Of a stretch of DNA of 64,000 bases, positions 1-8,652 are shown piece after piece (the first letter of the stretch is position 1; every line of letters begins with the position of its first letter). The translations under genes were made by a program, and so were the position numbers. The stretch is from a virus (lineage: Duplodnaviria > Caudoviricetes): the IMG/VR virus record IMGVR_UViG_3300028591_000096; one strand, written 5' to 3'. The notes beneath the pieces were generated by a model that saw nothing but the letters and a program-made list of their open reading frames with translations, made no database searches and was not told the DNA's origin.

Positions 1-224
1 TTATCTGAATACATAGCCTTAAATGTTATAGGACAGTCTTCTACACCATATAGTGTATAAGATTGAAATATAACGTCCTGTGAACGTTTATCTGGTTGTA
101 GCCTGAACCACATAACATCAACACCAGCTACTTGTGTAGCTGCTAAATTAAGATCACCTAAAATATCCTTAACGAATTTTTTTGCGGCCTCTTGTAATGA
201 TGCGACATCATTTACTACTAACAT
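1..224 (-). CDS. Partial (runs off window) neck/head-closure protein, T4 gp14-like
   Basis: Not in the ORF track. Manual translation from ATG at 224: MLVVNDVASLQEAAKKFVKDILGDLNLAATQVAGVDVMWFRLQPDKRSQDVIFQSYTLYG..., resembling the gp14 N-terminus (G.DV.y....D.iF). Late motif GATAAATA lies upstream at 244-251 (-). Confidence 0.5.
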   Translation of the reverse strand, partial: MLVVNDVASLQEAAKKFVKDILGDLNLAATQVAGVDVMWFRLQPDKRSQDVIFQSYTLYGVEDCPITFKAMYSD

Positions 225-308
225 TATCTGTAATTTCTTTCACTATTTATCTAATATAAAGCATTTCTGTCATTTTTGGATATGTACTATTTCCTGTGTT
301 AAAAAATT

Positions 309-323
309 GTTGTATATTTGCAA
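309..323 (+). promoter_or_regulatory. Class I (Bacteroidota sigma-A type) promoter GTTGTATATTTGCAA
   Basis: Contains the TAnnTTTG -7 element; 15-mer recurs at 7 intergenic sites. Confidence 0.75.
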
Positions 324-364
324 TTGAGATAAATAGTTAGAAAACAGAAAGAATTAAAGTAATA

Positions 365-1936
365 TTGCTTACAGCTAGATTAACAGAAGATAAGAATTGG
401 ATACTTGTTGAAGGTGATATCATTGAGGTTAGGCAACTTAGGTTGTGTTTCACAAAAAAGATACCATCTTGGTTTATTATAAAGAGCAAGAATCCTAATG
501 CCGTAGTTGAGGAGAATTTTATGAACAACTTCGGACTTATTCCTGTTGGGTTATGGATAGAACTTATAAATTCATGTAAAAGATTTGGATATCAGATATC
601 ATTTATTGATGATTTTGATAGGAAAATAAGAAATCCAAATATATCATATGAAACGTTTAACGAATATATAAAAAGACTTTTTCAGAATTCAAAACTCACA
701 CCAAGAGATTATCAGATTGATGGTGTATATAAAATGATTGAATTCATGAGATGTTGTGTTGAGGTTTCAACTTCTGGTGGTAAAACACTTATGGCTTATA
801 TGCTGTTTAGGTTTATGAAGGATTTTCTTCACTTTAACCACATATTATTCATAACACCAAAGACTAACCTTACTACACAATCAGCAAATAAATTTATAGA
901 ATATGATAAGACGAATCAAATGCTTACTGATTGGACTTATTATGAGGTTCATGCTAAAGCCAAGAAAAAAGAATCTTACGATGAAAACATAATCTTTGGT
1001 AACTATCAATCACTTTGTAGAAAAAGTAATGAGTTCTTCGAAAAATTTGATGCTGTAATTATCGATGAGTGTCATCACGCAACATCACCAAGTATAAGAA
1101 AAATTGTAAGAAAGTGTGTTAATGCTCAGTATAAACTTGGTATGACAGGAACATTCCCAGATGATGATTCTTATGATAGTTTTGTTTTGTCATCATATGT
1201 TGGTCCTGTTGTATTTAGACTGCCAAGCTATGAGTTGATTGAAAACAAAAAATCAGCAACACCTGTTTATATCAATTCATTCTTCCTAAGATATCTTGAT
1301 TATGAAACTCTTGATGGTCTTTATAAAATACGTTCTGTGAGTAAATCAGATGATCCTACAATTGGAAACAGAATCCTTGCTAAAGAAAGAGAAATTGCAA
1401 GAGACAGTACATTAAGATTAGGCTACATTTGTGATATGATAGGTAAAACTACAAAGAACACACTTGTGATTTTTTCTGATGTTGAGAACGGATACGGAAA
1501 AAGAATATATGATAGAGTAAAAGAATCAACAGATAAAACATGTTTCTATATTGATGGTAACACGAATACATCTGTTCGGGATGAAATGAAACAGTCAATG
1601 GAAGATGATTTGACTGGAAACACTATTATCGTTGCATCTATGGGATGTTTCTCAGAGGGTATTGATATTGCAAATATGTGGAACATATTTCTTGTTGAAA
1701 CTACAAAATCTGATACGATACTTGCACAGATTCTAGGTCGTGGCATGCGTAAATTTGAAGGAAAAGACAAGACGATAATGATTGATTTTGTTGATGATTT
1801 CAGATTTGGTGGAGGCTATTATAATGAGAATTATCTGTTTAAACATGGAATGGAGAGAATAGAAATATATAATAAAAGAGGATTTCCATGTAATACATTT
1901 GGAATAAATCTTACGCAAAAAAGTCTATTCAATTAA
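365..1936 (+). CDS. uvsW: UvsW-like SF2 DNA helicase
   Basis: PRDYQ Q-motif, STSGGKT Walker A, DECHH, GMTGT, SEGIDI, QILGRGMR; T4-like gene context; TTG start. Confidence 0.9.
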   Translation: MLTARLTEDKNWILVEGDIIEVRQLRLCFTKKIPSWFIIKSKNPNAVVEENFMNNFGLIPVGLWIELINSCKRFGYQISFIDDFDRKIRNPNISYETFNEYIKRLFQNSKLTPRDYQIDGVYKMIEFMRCCVEVSTSGGKTLMAYMLFRFMKDFLHFNHILFITPKTNLTTQSANKFIEYDKTNQMLTDWTYYEVHAKAKKKESYDENIIFGNYQSLCRKSNEFFEKFDAVIIDECHHATSPSIRKIVRKCVNAQYKLGMTGTFPDDDSYDSFVLSSYVGPVVFRLPSYELIENKKSATPVYINSFFLRYLDYETLDGLYKIRSVSKSDDPTIGNRILAKEREIARDSTLRLGYICDMIGKTTKNTLVIFSDVENGYGKRIYDRVKESTDKTCFYIDGNTNTSVRDEMKQSMEDDLTGNTIIVASMGCFSEGIDIANMWNIFLVETTKSDTILAQILGRGMRKFEGKDKTIMIDFVDDFRFGGGYYNENYLFKHGMERIEIYNKRGFPCNTFGINLTQKSLFN

Positions 1937-1983
1937 ACTCTTTCTAAGATAAATACTAAAAAACGATTTTTGGTTTTCATTGT

Positions 1984-2490
1984 ATGAAAAGAATACATAG
2001 ACAAGATAGAATGCTTCTTGAAAGCCTTGAAGACAAATATGGTACAGATGCAATTGCTACGGCTATAATGGCTATCGCAAATAAGCAAAATAATATAGAA
2101 GAAGAAACGATTACACCACAAGAGGCTGTTCTTGATTTTATAAAATATATCGAGGGTGTAAGAATTAGATTAAGGGAACTTCATTGGGTTGCAGAAAGAA
2201 ATTCAAAGCATTTGCTAACTGATGATATTATTTCCTCTCTTGAAGAATTTGAAGATAATGTTGCTGAAGATCTGATGGGTATTTGTGGTTTTAGAATACA
2301 AGTTGGTGCTATTGTACCTACAATGACAAATCAGGTTGAACTTAGTCCTCTTCTTTGTGAACTTCATGAGGCCGTTGTTCAATTATGTGCTTGCCTTGAG
2401 AATGATAAACTTTATGGTGGTATCGTAAATGAGCTTGAGGATCTTATGCATGATATAGGAAAATGGAAATATCTTGCAACTTTTAAATAA
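1984..2490 (+). CDS. Ferritin/Dps-like four-helix protein (DUF5856-like) with N-terminal leader
   Basis: LRELHW...H...DD...EEFEDNVAE metal-ligand pattern and C-terminal KYL; preceded by late motif GATAAATA at 1948. Confidence 0.65.
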   Translation: MKRIHRQDRMLLESLEDKYGTDAIATAIMAIANKQNNIEEETITPQEAVLDFIKYIEGVRIRLRELHWVAERNSKHLLTDDIISSLEEFEDNVAEDLMGICGFRIQVGAIVPTMTNQVELSPLLCELHEAVVQLCACLENDKLYGGIVNELEDLMHDIGKWKYLATFK

Positions 2491-2512
2491 ACAATATAAT
2501 ATTTTTTATATG

Positions 2513-2541
2513 AGGATGTAACTTTTGTTACATCCTTTTTT
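2513..2541 (+). terminator. Intrinsic terminator
   Basis: AGGATGTAAC-TTTT-GTTACATCCT stem followed by a T run. Confidence 0.85.
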
Positions 2542-2575
2542 AATCGTTTTTATATTGTAGTAGTATAATATTATA
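2539..2575 (+). promoter_or_regulatory. Class II bipartite promoter TTTAAT-N18-GTATAATANTATA
   Basis: Same motif and 18-nt spacing at five intergenic sites. Confidence 0.65.
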
Positions 2576-2599
2576 AAGGAAAACTTATTTTTAATAGAT

Positions 2600-2788
2600 A
2601 TGTTTAATGATGATCAGAATGATGTTTTATACGCTGATATAGAAATTGATAGCAACGACTTCTTCGTTATCACACCAGAAGGAAATTATTTTAATTTCCC
2701 AGCAGATAAATTTAATGAAAATAGTGACGATTTTACGATAGTTGATACAAAATCACATAAACCATATACAGTAAAGTTTCACGATTAA
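2600..2788 (+). CDS. Small hypothetical protein
   Basis: 62-aa ORF between a class-II promoter and the glycosyltransferase genes. Confidence 0.6.
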   Translation: MFNDDQNDVLYADIEIDSNDFFVITPEGNYFNFPADKFNENSDDFTIVDTKSHKPYTVKFHD

Positions 2789-2803
2789 ATACATTAATAA
2801 GTA

Positions 2804-3658
2804 ATGAGTAAAATCACAAAGCTTGGATATGGAGTTATAGTATTCGATGATGTGTGTCATTTGAGAAATATGCTTACAGAGGTTCGTCCAAATTGTGACG
2901 AAATTGTAGTTTGTTTACAAAATGAATCATATTATGGAATACCTATTAACCCTAAAGTTATAGATCATGTGAAATCCCTTGTTGAAGGAAAACTTGTGGA
3001 TGATGTTATCTGGTTTAATCCAACAGATATGCATGAAGATGAAGGAAATCATTCACCAAGATTCGTAGAAACCGATAAGAGAAACTTTATCCTGGATTAT
3101 TTAGAAAAAGAGAAAGGATGTTCTCATAGTATTGTTATAGATAGTGATGAGTTTTATGATGGAGAGGATTTTGCAAGAGCTAAAGAAATTATAGACAGGA
3201 CAGACAAGATAAAGATATCTTATTGTCAGTATATTAACTATTATAGAGATTACATACATCTTATGGTTTGGCCTTTCCTGTGTTATGTGCCTTTTATAAC
3301 GGAAAGTCACTATAGGTTTAATTTTAAACATGGAAGTTTTGATAAACCATCTGATCCAACAAGAAGATACATGATAACACAACAGGGTGAATTTTACAGT
3401 ATACTTAGTTTCAGTATAGTTAAGATGCATCATTTATCTTGGATTAGACAAGATATAAGATCTAAGATTGACAACTGGTCATCAAGAAAGTATTTTGACA
3501 ATGCTGTAGGATTAAGAGACAGAATACTTGATAGATATGATAATTATCAGGAAGGACAGAATGCTGTTATTATGTTTAATACGCCGAATTATGAAGTTGT
3601 TGTAAATAAATTACCTAAACAATACATTAACCCAAAGTACAATTTAACAGAAATATAA
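2804..3658 (+). CDS. GT-A fold glycosyltransferase (GT2-like)
   Basis: N-terminal beta strand with DEIVVC, KRN, IDSDEF (DxD) and C-terminal MHHLSW motifs. Confidence 0.7.
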   Translation: MSKITKLGYGVIVFDDVCHLRNMLTEVRPNCDEIVVCLQNESYYGIPINPKVIDHVKSLVEGKLVDDVIWFNPTDMHEDEGNHSPRFVETDKRNFILDYLEKEKGCSHSIVIDSDEFYDGEDFARAKEIIDRTDKIKISYCQYINYYRDYIHLMVWPFLCYVPFITESHYRFNFKHGSFDKPSDPTRRYMITQQGEFYSILSFSIVKMHHLSWIRQDIRSKIDNWSSRKYFDNAVGLRDRILDRYDNYQEGQNAVIMFNTPNYEVVVNKLPKQYINPKYNLTEI

Positions 3659-3661
3659 AAT

Positions 3662-4627
3662 ATGAAAATTGCAATTATGGTGATGGCAGCTCATGCTGAA
3701 CCATCTACAAGAAATCTTGATGCTATACAGAATACACTTGTTAAGTATCAGAATGAGCATAAGGATAGATTTAAGAATGAATATGATTTTTATTTCTACT
3801 GGTCTGGAGGAGAAAATATGGATGATGAAGTGAAAATTTCGGATTCAACCAAATATTCTAATTTGAAATTTGTAGAAGTAAAAGAAGAGGAGAGCGTTTA
3901 TAGAACATTTGAAAAGTCAATTAAAGCTTTTGATTATATTCATAGGAATAATGAATACGATTGGTATGTTCGTATGAACATTTCAATGTGGCTTAATATT
4001 GATCTTCTTGATGCTGTTATATCTACATTCAAATCTAATAGTATGTATGGAAACGCATTGAACAGTTATGTGAATCTTAATTGTGCATATTGTGATGACT
4101 TATATGTTCGTGGTGATTTGATGATTTTTGACAAGAATGTGATGAATGGTATTCTTGATAATGCTATGAAATTCCTTTATAGTGATTGGAACATGAAACT
4201 TCGTGATGGGGTAGATCATGTTGATGATTGTCTTATAGGTTGTTGTTTCATCGATTATGTTGGTCCAGAATACTACAAATCGTTGTATATGCTGTCTTAT
4301 ACGTATTTGCCAGATTATGATGTTAGTGATGAGTTGAAGCCGCAAAAATACAATATAGGTACACGTGTAAAGACTGTTCCACCTACAGAAACATACTCTG
4401 GATATTCCTGGGATGATAATGAATGGAGAAAGAAGGATTGTGATAAGATGTTTAAACTTACTGAATATGTAGAGAAAAATCCATTCACATATATAGGACT
4501 TAAGATGAAAGATGTATTGGTTGATAAGAAAAATTCAAGACAGACGTTATTCATATCAGCAAGCGGACAAAATGTGTTTGACGTATTTCATAGATTTTTA
4601 GAGCAAAAAAGAAAGGTTGGAAAATAA
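3662..4627 (+). CDS. Glycosyltransferase, GT31/galactosyltransferase-like
   Basis: KIAIMVM...TFEKSIKAFDYI...YDWYVRMN...RGDLMIF...DDCLIG follows the GT31 motif order. Confidence 0.6.
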   Translation: MKIAIMVMAAHAEPSTRNLDAIQNTLVKYQNEHKDRFKNEYDFYFYWSGGENMDDEVKISDSTKYSNLKFVEVKEEESVYRTFEKSIKAFDYIHRNNEYDWYVRMNISMWLNIDLLDAVISTFKSNSMYGNALNSYVNLNCAYCDDLYVRGDLMIFDKNVMNGILDNAMKFLYSDWNMKLRDGVDHVDDCLIGCCFIDYVGPEYYKSLYMLSYTYLPDYDVSDELKPQKYNIGTRVKTVPPTETYSGYSWDDNEWRKKDCDKMFKLTEYVEKNPFTYIGLKMKDVLVDKKNSRQTLFISASGQNVFDVFHRFLEQKRKVGK

Positions 4628-4639
4628 TTCCAACCTTTT
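4612..4639. terminator. Bidirectional intrinsic terminator between convergent operons
   Basis: AAAGGTTGGAA-AATAA-TTCCAACCTTT inverted repeat. Confidence 0.8.
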
Positions 4640-4664
4640 ATCGTATCTTTGGTGAATGGGATAA

Positions 4665-6203
4665 TCAAAATCCTCCGAATAATCCTCCGAATTTTGGATA
4701 TTGACATACTGTAACTATCCATTGTGACATAGCTGAACTTCCAGCATTAGGTCCATATGATAACGTATTATCTGTAGTTGTATGTACAAAATATGCATAT
4801 CTTACAGATCTAGTTTTGTTTTCGCTTGTAGCTTTATATACTAATTTATGATTAACATTATCATATGCACAATTACACCAATTTCCTGAACCAGCATTTG
4901 TTTGAATTGTTATGTGTTCTACATAAATATTATCTTTAAATGTTCCACGACCATAAGCATACATTGAAATTATGTTGGTGTTTTGTCCAGAATGTTCAGT
5001 GCCAGCATATTTAGTAACAGGTGATGGATCATGTGTTATATCGTTAATATAACCTTCATTTATTTCGTTAGTTGGATTTGTTCCGTATATACTTGAATCA
5101 GCTTCAAGTACAGCTGTATTAAATGTAGACGACATGTCTCTCATGAATATTTTTTCTTTTGAGCCGTTTGTTCCGTCTACGTAAAGATACAGTAAGCATT
5201 TATAAGGATGCCCAGCATTGTACGCGTTCTTTAGAACATCTATTGGTATAAATGTTGTTGTTTTGTATGATTGTTCTCCTATACCATCCGAATAATCTTT
5301 TATTGTAACTTCAAAGTTATCTAACTTTTCATCATCAAAATTTTCAGAAACAACTTCTGGATTTTTTGGTAATGGTGATGCATGATTACATGTGTTACAT
5401 AATCTTGCCCACCATCCATTAATCCATGATATATCTGTTGTGTTTCCACAAATTGGACATTTTGAATATTCCTCTGTTGATCCTTTACATGAATAATTTG
5501 TTATATATCCTCTCAATGTACATTTTTCGCCTGTTGATGAATCATAATCATTTAATCCAGAATACAATTTTGGTGTTTGGAATTTTTTAGCTATTCTTGT
5601 ATCCATACCAGGTGATATCCAATCTGTTATAAATTCAATTTGTAGCTTATATTCACCTAATAGAAATGAGTTTAAAGATGTTACCAAAAATGTAAATCCA
5701 CAAACAGAGTTGACGTATAAAGAATTTGGATCTTTTTCTCCTATAAACCTAGCTTGATCTATATCTGACGTTTCTGATATTGCATATACGATACTGCTCT
5801 TAAATCCATGATATATTTGAGATATATTATTTACACATGTAACATTAAGTTCTATATTTGATATATCTGTTTCTTGTTCATGAGATTTTGATAACCGTGT
5901 GTCCCATATATTTGAAATGTTCACAATATATGCACCAGTTATTTTTTCTGTTATATACAGTAAATATGTGCTATTTGGTTCAGAATATACAATACAATCA
6001 CCAATATCTGGAGTGATTGAATTACCGTAAATATTTGATATTGTTACAGAACTATCATTTAATCTGAATGTTATAGGATCGGATATTGATTCTTCATTAT
6101 ATGTTCCATAAAATGTTACAGCGGCTCTTTTGCCAGAGTTACCAGTACCTCCTGGTATAAATGTAGATGTTGATCCACTTTTATTTATGATGTTTGCTGA
6201 CAT
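4665..6203 (-). CDS. Putative tail/baseplate-associated protein with short collagen-like N-terminus, Zn-ribbon insert and C-terminal BACON-like domain
   Basis: PGGTGNSGKR; CPICG...CNTC; C-terminal WC...ENKTRSVRYA...TVCQ (W/N/R/Q BACON pattern); last gene of a late operon. Confidence 0.55.
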   Translation of the reverse strand: MSANIINKSGSTSTFIPGGTGNSGKRAAVTFYGTYNEESISDPITFRLNDSSVTISNIYGNSITPDIGDCIVYSEPNSTYLLYITEKITGAYIVNISNIWDTRLSKSHEQETDISNIELNVTCVNNISQIYHGFKSSIVYAISETSDIDQARFIGEKDPNSLYVNSVCGFTFLVTSLNSFLLGEYKLQIEFITDWISPGMDTRIAKKFQTPKLYSGLNDYDSSTGEKCTLRGYITNYSCKGSTEEYSKCPICGNTTDISWINGWWARLCNTCNHASPLPKNPEVVSENFDDEKLDNFEVTIKDYSDGIGEQSYKTTTFIPIDVLKNAYNAGHPYKCLLYLYVDGTNGSKEKIFMRDMSSTFNTAVLEADSSIYGTNPTNEINEGYINDITHDPSPVTKYAGTEHSGQNTNIISMYAYGRGTFKDNIYVEHITIQTNAGSGNWCNCAYDNVNHKLVYKATSENKTRSVRYAYFVHTTTDNTLSYGPNAGSSAMSQWIVTVCQYPKFGGLFGGF

Positions 6204-6204
6204 A

Positions 6205-7074
6205 TTATGATATTGTTATTTTCTTTATATATTCTTTATTGTTAACGTGGAATGATATATATCCAGAGCACATACATTTACTGTCTGATGTTGTAATGTT
6301 AGATTTTAAATAAACAGAGGTTGATGCGTCTTTTTCTTCATCATATGATGATATTGTTGATATATCCCACATTGTGCTTGTGTCTCTATGTCCAAATGGA
6401 TACAAATATCTGTTGTCTATAAATATGCTATTATTATAATTTTCTGATGTTATAACCTTTTCTATTCTAAGACCACTTATAAAGTTAAGAACAAATTTAC
6501 ACATGTGATTATCCATCTTATCTAAATATTTTGTGAAATTAGAAGGTGTGTCTAAACGTATGCTGTTTCCATAACATGAGCTGTCATTTGTATCTCTATG
6601 ATGATATAAAGGTGACGCACCATTCTCTATATAATTATAATCGTTTATAGCAGGAACAGGGTTAGAATCTATTTTGTATTCTATATTGATTTTATTATTG
6701 TTTTCCTCAAATATATCTTCACCTTCACCATCATCAGAAATTATTTTTATATATCCTATTTTTTTAATCGTACAGTTTGAAATATCATCTGAAATACTAC
6801 TATTATCTGAATTAGCTATTCTTAACATCATAGCATCTATTGTTATTATAACATCTCCTATTTTATAATTGATTACCTGACCTACACCATATTTTGGATT
6901 TGTCGATAACACTTTCTTCTGTTTTATAAGAAGTATCATGTCTTTAATACTATCTTCCGATGAATCAAATGAAGAATAATGAACAGAATATCCATCTTTA
7001 CCAGATGAACCAATGCTGCCTTGTGGAGCGTATCCACATATACCGTTTTGAAATTTATATAAGTTGTTCGACAT
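6205..7074 (-). CDS. Putative virion protein, N-terminus paralogous to neighbours
   Basis: QGSIGSSGKDGYSVHY Gly-X-Y start; position in late operon. Confidence 0.5.
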   Translation of the reverse strand: MSNNLYKFQNGICGYAPQGSIGSSGKDGYSVHYSSFDSSEDSIKDMILLIKQKKVLSTNPKYGVGQVINYKIGDVIITIDAMMLRIANSDNSSISDDISNCTIKKIGYIKIISDDGEGEDIFEENNNKINIEYKIDSNPVPAINDYNYIENGASPLYHHRDTNDSSCYGNSIRLDTPSNFTKYLDKMDNHMCKFVLNFISGLRIEKVITSENYNNSIFIDNRYLYPFGHRDTSTMWDISTISSYDEEKDASTSVYLKSNITTSDSKCMCSGYISFHVNNKEYIKKITIS

Positions 7075-7087
7075 TTTTTAATTCTTT

Positions 7088-8650
7088 TTATAATATTTGA
7101 TTCAACGATAATATTTTTGATTTTGTTCTACCAGTTCTTGTATCAACACATACAAGTTCAAATACATTATTTTCATTGAATATGAATTTATTCATTTCAT
7201 CACAAACATAATTTTTAACAACGTTTATTCTATTGTTGCAGAAAGTTTCAGATGAATCACCATATTCATCATTCAAGTTTAATTTTTTATTTAATGATCT
7301 TTGTGCCGCAACGTACTGATCAAACACAATAGGTGATAATGATGATATGCTCTTTGTATATGACCCTACTGTTTCGTTAAAGCAATAAGACGGAAAATAA
7401 TCATTTGATATCATACTTGAAAAATATGCAGATTCCCCGCTTCTATAATGAACTTCACAATATCCACATGATGAATTTACGTTTGGGTTTTTTGAATATT
7501 GTATTATTGATGAACTTGGGTTACCAATACTTGTGTAACTATAACAATGATTAGATACTGATATTATGTCATAAAGAATTGTATCGTTAGAATTAATGCT
7601 TGTTATATTTTTTCCAATACAATAATAACCAATGAACCTACTAACGAGATTTACAATGTATCTGAACATAAAAAGATGGAAAGGGTAACCCATACTATCT
7701 TTTACAGATGTTATATAACCGTTATTTCTATAAGGATCAAAAAATGATGAACTATAATTATTAATAGATGGGTGAAGTTTATCACATGCCATATCTGATA
7801 TGTAATATGATCTTTTTTCGTCTATCACTTCATCTTCATTTCCTTTACGCAATAATTTTGATACTGGAATTTCAATTACTTTTTCGAATAGAACATTATT
7901 AATATTGTTATTATCGGTAAAAGGTTCTTCATTTATGTTTGTTGCGTATGAATCAGAAAAGCCTTTCATTATAGGAAGATTGTTGCGACCTAATATGGTT
8001 TTTCTGTTTTTTATATGAATCTTCAGGTAAAAGTCATAATTTTGAATAATACTTTGATCGGTTAGTGATATTTTTGGTCCAATCTCAAAACCAAACAATA
8101 ATCTTAATGCTTCACTATAATATGAAATACATCCAGATGCATCCTTTACTTGAAGACCGTTAACATATGATAAATTATCTGCTCTAGAATATTCATATGA
8201 CCTATTTACGGGCACATGGCACTCAGTTGTAGTATATTCACCCCTGTTTAATTTAACGCTATGTATACAATCAAAAACATTGACTACATTTGTTTCGGAT
8301 TCTATATATCCCAATCTTTCAATATCGTATGGGTTTGATGTATTGTCTGTTTTTATTATTTTGTATATGTAATTGTATACACTTTCAGATATTTCACATA
8401 TAATCAAATCATTATTATGATATATTCTTGTATCACCAGATCCATTAAGATCTGTGGACTCATTTATTCGAGTCAACAATGTAGACTTTAAATCATCAGA
8501 TATCGTGCTGTAATTTATAAAGTACACTGTTGATCCGCTTAAACCGTCTTTACCTTCAACCCCACGTTCACCACATACAGACAGACCTGCTGGTTGTATA
8601 TCCTGGAACATTTTTGTTTGTTTGTATTCAAAATTAAAAGATTCTATCAT
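7088..8650 (-). CDS. Putative virion protein, N-terminus paralogous to neighbours
   Basis: GERGVEGKDGLSGSTVYF Gly-X-Y start; position in late operon. Confidence 0.5.
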   Translation of the reverse strand: MIESFNFEYKQTKMFQDIQPAGLSVCGERGVEGKDGLSGSTVYFINYSTISDDLKSTLLTRINESTDLNGSGDTRIYHNNDLIICEISESVYNYIYKIIKTDNTSNPYDIERLGYIESETNVVNVFDCIHSVKLNRGEYTTTECHVPVNRSYEYSRADNLSYVNGLQVKDASGCISYYSEALRLLFGFEIGPKISLTDQSIIQNYDFYLKIHIKNRKTILGRNNLPIMKGFSDSYATNINEEPFTDNNNINNVLFEKVIEIPVSKLLRKGNEDEVIDEKRSYYISDMACDKLHPSINNYSSSFFDPYRNNGYITSVKDSMGYPFHLFMFRYIVNLVSRFIGYYCIGKNITSINSNDTILYDIISVSNHCYSYTSIGNPSSSIIQYSKNPNVNSSCGYCEVHYRSGESAYFSSMISNDYFPSYCFNETVGSYTKSISSLSPIVFDQYVAAQRSLNKKLNLNDEYGDSSETFCNNRINVVKNYVCDEMNKFIFNENNVFELVCVDTRTGRTKSKILSLNQIL

Positions 8651-8652
8651 TA

